Of a DNA stretch of 37,185 nt, positions 1 to 9,730 are shown piece by piece. A program made the position numbers and the translations under genes. Where the stretch lies: positions 753,220 through 790,404 of the forward strand of contig WELA01002258.1 of the NCBI GenBank assembly GCA_009602735.1, in the 5' to 3' direction. This DNA comes from Mesotaenium endlicherianum (lineage: Eukaryota). Within the stretch, counting starts at the first letter, position 1. Each line of letters starts with the position of its first letter. The notes under the pieces are model-generated. The model made no database searches and was not told the origin of the DNA. It saw only the letters and a list, made by a program, of their open reading frames with translations.

Positions 1-3000
1 GTGGAATACGGGGTCGATGTGCATAATCTGGGGAAGTTCTAGCTTGAAAGTAACGGGGTTGACTTGTTGGATAATTTTGAAGGGTCCCAAATACTTGGGA
101 GAGAACTTGCTGCCGGCAGGCCTGTTGTTCAGGGAAATGTTCTTGGATGATAGTAACACGTTGTCACCCACTCTGTAAGTAATTTCTCTTCTGGATCTGT
201 TTGCCACTCTTGCTTGAGCATCTTGCGCGTGTTGTAGAGCTTTCTTCGCTGCTGTAAGGCTGCTTCAAATGTCTCCATAAAATCTGTGGCTGCAGGTACT
301 TCATCATGGCCAGCCGTGAAGCTCAGTGGCGTGGTCGGATGGAAGCCATAGTTGAGGAAGAATGGGGACTCTTGGGTAGAGGCCTGCGTAGTGTTGTTGT
401 AGGCAAACTCGAGGGGGGTCAAGTACATGTCCCAGTCTTGCTCGAGGGTAGACACGTAGGCCTTTAGAGAGGTCTTTAGGGTACGATTCATACGCTCGGT
501 TTGCCCATCTGATTGTGGGTGGTAGGCAGTAGACATATCCAGCGATGTACCCAAGTTCTTGAAGAGATTTTTCCAGAAATGGCTTGTGAATCTTGGATCT
601 CTATCTGACACAATTCTTGATGGTAGTCCATGGAGTCGGAAGATGTTGTCAAAGATGAGTCTTGCAAGTTGTGGTGCTGTAGCCTTAGTCGTCGTGGGAA
701 TAAAATGAGCCATCTTGGTAAGTCTGTCCACCGCCGTGAGTATTGCATTATGGCCTCGAGGTGTCACGGGCAAGTCCACGATAAGGTCCATTGAGATGTC
801 CGTCCATTGTCTTTCGGGGATTGGTAGTGGTTGGAGGAGTCCTCCCGCCTTTTGCGATGATGGCTTGATTCTTTGGCATGTGTCACAGCTCCTGCAGTAC
901 TCCTTGACTTGCTTAGACATGCCTGGCCAACAATAAGTCCTAGCTAGAACGCCCGTGGTCCTTAGGATTCCAAAGTGTCCTCCAAGAGGGTTGTCGTGTG
1001 CTTCTCGTAGAAGCAAGAGCCGGAGGTCTAAGTCATTAGGAACACATCTCTGGCCCGTATCTTGCCTCACCCAATAATTGCCTTCTTGCTTCTTGCATGG
1101 GTCCAAGGCTGCTTCTCCGTTCTTGTAGTAAGGGTCTCTTTCATAGGCGGCTGAAAATCGAGCTTCCAGATCTGTCTTCAGGGATACCATCACTGCATTT
1201 AATTGCAGTCTTGAGAGGGGGTCAGCCGGGTTTGTCTTGCCGGGCTGGTACTGAATCGTGATGTTGTATTGTTGCAAGTATCCGCTCCATCTTGCTTGTC
1301 TCCTTGAGAGATACGGCTGCGTTTGGAGGTGCTTTAACGCCTCGTGGTCCGTGGTGACCAGTACTTTGCGTCCTTCAACGTAGCAGCGCCAAACCTTCAA
1401 GGCATGTACAATCGCCAATGCCTCTCGCTCCGTGGTTGTATAATTTTGCTCGGCTGGATTTAGCTTCCTTGACTCGTAGGCGATGGGCTGCAGTCCCTTG
1501 CCTTGGTCTTGAAGCAGGATTGCTCCTATTGCATAGGAAGATGCATCGGTGATGACGTGGAAGGGCCAATCTGGGTTTGGACTTGGGAGTGTGAGCACCG
1601 GGGATGTGGTCAATCTTCGCTTTAACTCTTGAAATGCCTCTTCCTCTTTCTCGGTCCATGTATATAGCCTGTCCTTCTTGAGTAGATCTGTCAGGGGGGC
1701 TGCTATGTGCGAGAAGCCTTGGATGAATTTTCTGTACCAATTGGCAAATCCCAAGAATGACTGGAGTTCTTTCTTGGTCGTGGGGGTTGGCCATTCCTCC
1801 ACCACCGTGGTCTTCTTGGGGTCTATCTTGATGCCATCAGCAGTCACGTGGAGACCTAGGAACTCCACTTCTTGTTTGGCAAACTCGCATTTTGACTCCT
1901 TCGCAAACAGCTTGTTTTGCTTCAATACTTCAAGGACTTCTTTCAAGTGTCTCGCATGCTCTTCAAGGGTCTTGCTGTAGATAAGGATGTCATCGATGAA
2001 TACCACCACAAATCTGTCCAACATGGGCTGAAATATGGTGTTCATCATAGTCATGAAAGTTGCTGGCGCGTTGGTGAGTCCAAATGGCAGGACCATGAAC
2101 TCAAAATGTCCATATCTTGTCCTGAATGCCGTCTTCTCTATGTCCGGTTCTGCGATGCGAATCTGGTGGTAGCCGCTCCGTAAGTCAATCTTCGTGAAGT
2201 ACTTGGCTCCAACCAGCCGGTCCATGAGCTCATCCATGCGCGGCAGCGGGTATCGATTCTTGATGGTGATCTTGTTGAGGGCGCGATAGTCCACACACAT
2301 CCTCAAGGTACCATCTTTCTTCTTGACAAATAGCACCGGGGCTCCAAATGGCGACTTGCTAGGTCGAATGAAGCCATGCTCCAGTAGCTCCTTGATTTGC
2401 TTCTTGACTTCGTCTAGCTCCGTGTATGACATTTTGAACGTAGGCCGAGAGATGGGCTTGCTTCCGGGCTCCAACTCTATCTTGTGGTCTACGAATCTTT
2501 TGGGGGGTAGGCCCTTGGGCAATTCCGGGGAGAACACTTCTTTGTAGTCCTCTAAGACTTCTTGTATCTCCTTGGGAACGGGGCTGCCTTCTTGACTCTC
2601 GATGTCTTTCTTGATGTCTTTTGGCGTGATCAAGGCCAAAAGAAGCTCGTGTCCCTTCCTCACAAGTCTCTTGAGTTGGAGGGCGGACAATAGTATCTCG
2701 TGTGCCGGCTTCTGGATGTCTTGGGTCTGGATATTCTGGATTGCGCGCAAAATACAGATTCTTGAAGTGATGTCATTCTTGATCTTGATAGTACCGGTCC
2801 TCCAATCAACTTGGGGGTTGTGCTTGGTCAACCAAGGCGTCCCTAGGATGACGTCGTACTTGCCCAATTGCATGGGGGAGAACACTACTCTATCCTTGAA
2901 GGACTTGATAGAGAGTGCCAAGGGGTACGTCTTCTTGGAAGGGGTAGTATAGGAGAATCCATCGGGCATCATAATCTCCTCGTCGTGGTCAAGAGTTCGC

Positions 3001-3281
3001 ATAGTAATACCGTGCTTGGTGGCAAAATCTGCAGCAATGAAGTTGCCTTGAGCTCCGCTATCCACCAAGATGTGGACCTTCTCTCCTCCAAGGTAACCTC
3101 TCAAACTCATTGGGGCTGGAACGTCGTCTTCAACGGGGGTCTCCACCTCACTTGGCGTGTTGCCTTCTCGTGAAGTGGGTCTTGGGGTGGTAGGCTCCTG
3201 GCCTACCGGCGCTGTCCGTTTTTTGACAACTTTTTGGGGCATGAAAGTGCACGATGGCCCTTTTCCTTGCAATAGAAGCAT
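1..3281 (-). CDS. pol: pol polyprotein (aspartic protease, RT, RNase H, integrase) with a 1-nt frameshift near 250
   Basis: Motifs: LVDSGA (PR); [31 protein letters not shown] (RT); [18 protein letters not shown] (RH); HHCC (H..GGH..CDTCQ), SMDLI, SDRD, DGQTER (INT). The ORF track stops at 129, but the integrase C-terminus (KYLGPFKII...PVFH) continues in another frame to the window edge. Confidence 0.95.
3189..3224 (-). promoter_or_regulatory. Predicted -1 ribosomal frameshift signal at the gag/pol overlap of A1
   Basis: Heptamer A AAA AAC in the gag frame (plus strand 3218-3224), a 10-nt spacer, then the perfect hairpin GGTAGGC-CAGGA-GCCTACC (3189-3207). pol is in the -1 frame. Confidence 0.75.
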
Positions 3282-4482
3282 AGTCCAGCCGTCATGAGAG
3301 CTTCTTTTTCAGCCGGGGAGAGTCTTGCTTTCACTCCTTGCTGGTTTCTTGCATCATAAGTGTCATTGGAGGGTCTTCCACTCTTCCGGGCAGCCGCGGG
3401 GTCCCTTTTAATAACTCCGATTTCCATGGGTGTGGGTTCAGATTCGGATGTGGAAGGAGCTGCATACACCCGCGTCGTCGGTACCCATGAAGATGAAGGC
3501 ACGGAGTGCTTGAAATCCAAGGTATCCACCTTTTGGGCCACTTCAATGATCTTTGAGAAGTTCGTCAAGTCGCGCAACTCCACTTCCTTTGCCACCTTGG
3601 GTTTGAGGCCAAAGATGTAACGGTCAATCTTCTCCTCGAGAGACATGTTGGGGATCTCAAGAGTGAGGGCGTGAAATCTGGATGTATACTCTTGAACGGA
3701 CGTCGTTTGCTTGAGATGGTGGAGCTTTCCTCGGGCAATCTTCTCCGCATTGATGGGCATGAATTGCTTCTTGAGGGCCTCACGAAAATCTGCCCATCTT
3801 GCATATGATGGTGGGGGCTCTTGGCCGAGCATGGGGTGCACAATAGCTTGATATATAGCCGCTTGATAGTTACGCCACCATGATGTTGCTGCTCCTCTAA
3901 GTAAGGTAACGGCAAAGGGAACGTAGTCCTCCTCGGGTACTTTAAGGAACGGGAGGTACGTCTCCACTTGGTATTGCCATAAATTCAGGTTGGCACCTTT
4001 CCCGGGGTTGAAAGTGTCAGGTTTGCCGGGCTGATGAGTTTCCTTGCTCTCGTTGGCTCTTGTGGAGGCGCTTGAGCCGGGGCTGGATTTTGAGCATTGC
4101 TCGCAATAGGGGCAACCATGGCAGCCATAGCTTCTCTTGACGCTTGCACGGTTGCTTCATAGGTGGCCAAGCCCACTTGGTTGTGGACGGTCATTAGGAA
4201 GGCTGCCCACTCATTTGCGGGAACTCCTTGTGGTGGGGTCAACTTTGCTATAGCGGCTGCCACGGGATTTGACGGTGCTCCTCCTTGTGGTGCTTCTTGT
4301 TGTTGCAGATTTCCTTGAGTAGGCTCTCCCATTGACGCTGGAGGAGGGTGTGCTCCTACTTGTGGTGCTTCTTGTTGTTGCAGATTTTCTTGAGTGGGCT
4401 CTCCCATCGGCGCTGGAGGAGGGTGTCTTGGAGAGGAAGGGCTTCCTTCGAAAGCTTGCTGTTGGTCTTGAGGATCGGCCAT
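3203..4482 (-). CDS. gag: gag of A1, split by a 1-nt frameshift near 4040
   Basis: ORFs 3985-4482 and 3203-3967 join via the shifted frame [27 protein letters not shown]. Retrotrans_gag-like core ([23 protein letters not shown]), PTPMEIG motif and zinc knuckle [14 protein letters not shown]. Confidence 0.92.
4275..4425 (-). repeat. In-frame 75-bp (25-aa) tandem duplication in the gag N-terminus
   Basis: [24 protein letters not shown] and [24 protein letters not shown] occur in tandem. Confidence 0.9.
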
Positions 4483-4506
4483 CTTCTTGTGCTACCAAAG
4501 TGCCTA

Positions 4507-4518
4507 GCTCCGATACCA
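4507..4518 (-). promoter_or_regulatory. Primer-binding site, tRNA-iMet type
   Basis: Minus strand reads TGGTATCGGAGC, 1 nt after the LTR end, and matches the canonical TGGTATCAGAGC at 11/12 positions. Confidence 0.9.
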
Positions 4519-4519
4519 C

Positions 4520-5022
4520 TGTAGTGAAACAGATAGATAAAGTACTTAGTAAAACAGAATACTTTATCTATTCAAGACAAGGATCTTTGAACACAAGTGA
4601 TAGCTTCTTGAAAGAGAGATGGCTTCTTGAAAGTTAATACATTTCTGGATTTTGGCTAGTACAAGAGTGATTTCGGAATGTCTTTCTATGTTCTAGCTCT
4701 TGTTTATATACTTGCTACATAAGTAATTTCTAGGAAGGTGTATGTTGATGTGTTGGCACCCAACACATCCCAAAACTTGCCACCTCTTTCTAGAATAATG
4801 TACACATGTCCTTTTGACCTAAAAATGGCACATCTGACTTTTGCCACATGGAGTTCTTCTAGGTCTTTCCTCTAACTTCGAAAATGCCTTGGAAGGTACA
4901 AAGGACATGAACCAAGTTACTAGAGTACCTATTCACACTTGACTCCACACAATACCACTCCAAATATATTTGAAAATATTAAAATATATGCATACTAATA
5001 TATAATAACTCAAATCACTACA
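4520..5022 (-). repeat. 5' LTR of A1 (503 bp)
   Basis: Termini TGTAGTGA...TCACTACA form an 8-bp inverted repeat. TATATAAA lies on the minus strand near 4704-4711. Homologous copies occur at 7244, 31950 and (inverted) 36982. Confidence 0.96.
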
Positions 5023-6222
5023 GAAGGACAGCCAGCTGACGAGCGCACTGTTGAAGAACTTATGGCAAGGGCCATTATTCTGAACCCACCTCCTGCTGTA
5101 CAACCCAATGTACCCCTAGGTCGGATACGTGACCGGCTGAATGCGGCAGGAATTGCTGCTGCAAGAGCGAGAGGGACTGTTGAGGACACTACTCAGCGAG
5201 TAGATGCCTATGCTGCTGCTGCATTTGCTAGACTACCACCCCAGAGTGTAGACTTGGGAGCCTTGTTCGTTCAAATCCAGTCGCAAATGGCGACCATGTA
5301 TCAGTCCCAACAGGAGGACAAAAGAATCATAATGTCTCTACTGCGGGACAGAGACCAACTGGGGTCTCAAACCACTGGTGGGGGTGGCAGAGGGCCTAGT
5401 AAGCCCAAGCCGAAACCTCCCCAGGACTATGATTCTGAGGGAAACAGGAAATACTACCTGATCAAGTTTCTCGCGGATGTTGAGCAGTGGCTGGAGAACT
5501 ACCAAGAAGTGCAAGATTACGAGAAGGTCAGGCACATCGGTGCGCTACTGAAAGGCAGTGCCGCAGACTGGTGGCTTTACTGGAAAGGAGAGCGTAAGGC
5601 TCGGCAACTCGGTGACCCTACGTGGGTAGAGTTTGTCGAGAAGTTGCATGAGAAGTTTGATGTCATCAACCAGCAGGAGAAAGCTATCTATGCGATGATC
5701 TCCCTGACACTGAAGCAGACCACTTCAGTTGCTGAGTTTGCTCAAAAGTTCTAGGAGAACATGATGAAGCAGCCAGACTTGCCAGAACGGCATAGGATAG
5801 CATACTTCAGGTATGGCTTGAAATCCGAAGTCTCGAATCATTTTGCTGAGAAGAAGTATGAAAAACTGGCTGACTTGATCCAGGATGCTGATGCCTGGGA
5901 TCAGCAACAGTTTAATCACAAGCGCCAGAGTAATGCTTTGGTGTCTAAGATTGTCAAAAAGCCCCATGGTTCCTACAATGCAATTGAAGGAGACAAGGCT
6001 GAGGATGATCAGGGTGATGGATATGAGTATGAGTATAATGCTATACAATCTAGAGGTAGAGACGGTTTCTCTCGAGGCGGCTATGGAAGAGGTGGTGGTA
6101 GGACAAAGACGAGACCAGCCTCAGCAAAATCTGTTTGCTTCCATTGCCAGCAGACGGGTCACTTCAGAGAGCAGTGTCCAGTCAAACACCTCCCAAAGGT
6201 CGAGAGAAAAGACCAGCCTTAA
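5023..6222 (+). pseudogene. gag: gag of element B (5' part displaced by the A1 insertion; one in-frame stop at 5752-5754)
   Basis: LLKGSAADWW, LKQTTSVAEFAQKF and zinc knuckle CFHCQQTGHFREQC. The reading frame is open right up to the A1 LTR boundary. Confidence 0.9.
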
Positions 6223-9200
6223 AAAGACAGCAACAATCAGTAATCCAGTCTACTGACTGTGAGGATGCTAGAGTTAGTGAGTCGTCACTAGCTGCCCTCG
6301 TAGCAGGTATTATGGGTCCTGCTGAACTAGATTCACTATGCATGCATGACAACCAGATAAAGGAGACCATCAGCAATATAGACATCCAGAGAGTTCACAC
6401 TCTGGATGCTCTTGTTCCACCTGATGTCCAACATTTCTTTGCTAACTCAGTAGAACAATGCGAAAGTCAGGAAAAGACAGTCCCCCCTATCCTACTGCAT
6501 TGCATGATTGCAAGTAGGAAGGTGAGGGCATTTGTTGACGGAGGGGCGTCACATACTTTTATCCACAAGGACTTAGTTAAGCGGCTAAGGCTGCCTACTG
6601 TCACCCAAGGGAATAGAAAAATATTCCTTAGAGATGCCTCAAGTATCCCGGGAGGAGTTATAACCAAGCCTATTGAGGTCCAGTTAGGTTCTGGCATTGC
6701 AGTTCTAACTGAAACGCTTACATTTGAGGTACTCAACACTGGCTTTTATGATCTCGTGCTAGGCAGGTCCTGGCTTAGTAGACATCAAGCTGAAGTGTGT
6801 TGGAGCAGAGGTACAGTTAAAGTGAGAGGAGCCAGTGATGGGCAGACTAACTTGGCACCCACCAGTGCTCTTCCTCTTGTCCTGCGTGGATGGCAAATGA
6901 AGGAAAAGAAGAGGTGTCACGAAGGATGCAAGTTGCTGAATGCAATGGAGTTTGTCAAAAGCTGGAACCAGAAGGAAGACAGAATGTTCTGTCTGCTGCT
7001 AAGAGAGGTAACTCCCCAACCTGAAGAGGTGGTGGAGAAAATGGTAAGCCCTCCGGAGCACCCTACTGCTGCAAAAATTGTTGCTCAGTACACGGATGTA
7101 TTTAAAATGCCTCCAGGACTACCCCCTAAGAGGGAAGTAGATCATGAGATTGATTTATTACCTGGGAGTCAGCCACCTTGGCAACGCACTTATGGCTTGT
7201 CTTATGTGGAGAGCGAGGAGTTGAAAACACAGATTGCAAAGCNTGTAGTAAAACAGATAGATGAAGTACTTAGTGAAATGTAATACTTTATCTATTCAAG
7301 ACAAGGATCTTTGAACACAAGTGGTAGCTTCTTGAAAGAGAGATGGCTTCTTGAAAGTTAATATATTTCTGGATTTTGGCAAGTACAAGAGTGATTCTCC
7401 AATGTCTTTCTATGTTCTAGCTCTTGTTTATATACTTGCTACATAAGTAATTTCTAGGAAGGTGTATGTTGATGTGTTGGCACCCAACACATCCCAAAAC
7501 TTGCCACCTCTTTCTAGAATAATGTACACATGTCCTTTTGACCTAAAAATGGCACATCTGACTTTTGCCACATGGAGTTCTTCTAGGTCTTTCCTCTAAC
7601 TTCAAAAATGCCTTAGAAGATTCAAAGGACATGAACCAAGTTACTAGAGTACCTATTCACACTTGACTCCACACAATACTACTCCAAATATATTTGAAAA
7701 CATTAAAATATATGCAAACTAATATATAATAACTCAAATCACTACAGCTTGAGGAAAATGGTTATATTTCCCCCAGTAAATCGCCGTACGGCGCACCCAT
7801 CCTATTTGTTAAGAAAAAGGATGGCAGTATGCGGATGTGTGTGGATTACAGAGCCCTGAACAGAATTACAGTAAAGACCAAGTATGCTTTACCCAGAATC
7901 GAGGACTTGCTTGATACCCTGTCTGGTGCTAAGGTATTCAGTAAAATAGATCTCAAGAGTGGTTATCATCAAATCAGAATTGCTGAGGGGGATAAACATA
8001 AGACTGCCTTCGGCACCCGTAATGGACATTATGAGTTCAACGTGATGCCATTTGGACTGACTAATGCTCCTGCGACCTTCATGGAGCCTAAGAAAGTCCA
8101 GACCATAAGGGACTGGCCAGTACCAGTGTCTGTCTTTGAACTTAGATCCTTCCTTGGGTTGGCTAACTACTACAGGAGATTTATTGAGAATTATTCTACA
8201 AAGGCCACTAAACTGACTGACCTTACTAAGAAAGACATAGGGTATGTGTGGGGGAAAGAGCAGCAGGCTGCCTTCCAGACCCTTAAAGATGCCCTTTGTG
8301 CTGCCCCAGTGCTAGCCGTGTATGACCCCAGCAAATCGGTGCAGGTGGTCACTGATGTCTCTGACTTTGCCATGGGTGCTATTTTGTTGCAGCCTGCTGA
8401 CAAAACCACCAAGGATGGTAAGGTACGGCAGGAGTGGCCCCCTGTGTTGTACGAGTCTATGAAATTTAATCCAGCCGAGATTAATTACTCAGTGCATGAT
8501 AAAGAGCTGCTAGCTATCATTCATGTGCTCAAACAGTGGAGAGCATACTTACATGGTAAAGCTTTTAAGGTGATTACAGATCATCTAGCTCTGACCCACT
8601 TTCAGAAGAAGTCCAAGCTGTCGAGGAGGGAGAACCGCTGGAGCCAGATGCTGGAGCAGTTCCAAGTCCAGATCGACTACAAACCAGGGAAGTTGAATCC
8701 TGCTGATGCACTCTCTAGAAGACCTGACTTGCAAGAAAGAAACTTTAGTCAGCATGCTGTAGATAAAGTCCTGTGTGCACTCACTTCACTAAAGGTGAAA
8801 AAGTCCTTCCTTGAACAACTTAGGAAAGCCTACCTTTCTGACCCAACATTTGAGCCCAGCCCCACTATTGGTGTGTGTTGTGCTACTGCACTCGGGTACC
8901 GGCTTAAAGCAGGGGTCTGCGTGACTGAAACCACTTCAGGAAGGCTGAAGCTGGTCATTCCTAATAACTTGCAAATAAGGTCTCTCTTACTAAATCGAGC
9001 GCATGACAGTTTACTGGGTGGGCATTTGGGGCAGGCCAAAACTGTTGGCAAATTGGCAAAACATTATCATTGGGAGGGGTTGCCCCGGGAGGTCTTGAAA
9101 TTTGTGAAGTCCTGTGATCAGTGTCAGAGAAATAAGTCTAGGCACACACCACCGAGAGGTCTGAACGATGGGAAAGTATATCTTTGGACTGGGTGGTCAC

Positions 9201-9730
9201 ACTCAAAGAACTGCCAATGGGCATGATTCAACCCTGGTAGTCGTGGATAAACTGACAAAAATGGTCATTTTAATCTCCACAACTGTCAAAGTGACTGCAC
9301 TCGAAACAGCGAGACAATTCCACAACCATGTAATATGCCAACATGGGCTCCCCTCTAATATCAGCTCAGACAAAGACTCAAAATTTACCTCTAAGTTTTG
9401 GAGAGCTTTAATGGGGTTAATGGGAGTCAAACAGCTGCTCAGCACAGCTAACCACCCTCAGACTAATGGGCAGACTGAACGAACTAACCGAGTTCTGCAG
9501 GAGGTGTTGAGAGCATACATTAACCAAAAACAAGATAATTGGGATGACCTGTGCTATGGGAGTCTTTAACTCACCCTGACGTAATTGAAAATCGGGTCTT
9601 CCTCCAGTTAACTCAAGAGTTTGCTGACACCCTGTCAGAAGTCCAGCAGAATCTGCACAAAGCCCAAGAAAACCAACAAACGTACGCTAATCAGCACCGT
9701 CGAGAACTGACCTTTTCTAAGGGCGATTTG
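6135..9730 (+). pseudogene. pol: pol of element B (PR, RT with internal deletion, RH, INT), interrupted by a solo LTR
   Basis: FVDGGASH (PR) and [11 protein letters not shown] (RT). LTNAPATFM is fused directly to EPKKVQ near 8083, so the catalytic xxDD segment is deleted. HDKELLAI (RH); HHCC and core INT with further small deletions near 9160 and 9550. Confidence 0.92.
7244..7746 (-). repeat. Family-A solo LTR (503 bp) inserted in pol of B
   Basis: About 20 substitutions versus 4520-5022 by eye; TG...CA ends. The host frame ...[13 protein letters not shown] resumes after it. The left TSD is obscured by an N at 7243. Confidence 0.93.

Larger units (their letters stand above)
1..5022 (-). mobile_element. 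Ty3/Gypsy LTR retrotransposon, family A, copy A1 (5' LTR, PBS, gag, pol; 3' end runs off the left edge)
   Basis: Domain order is gag(CCHC)-PR-RT-RH-INT on the minus strand. A TG...CA LTR at 4520-5022 is followed by a tRNA-iMet-type PBS. The element interrupts the gag frame of element B at 5022/5023. Confidence 0.97.

Noticed and set aside
4520..7746. LTRs at 4520 and 7244 as the two ends of one element
   Set aside because: The enclosed DNA is opposite-strand family-B gag/PR, with no PBS or PPT in the right places, so these are separate insertions.
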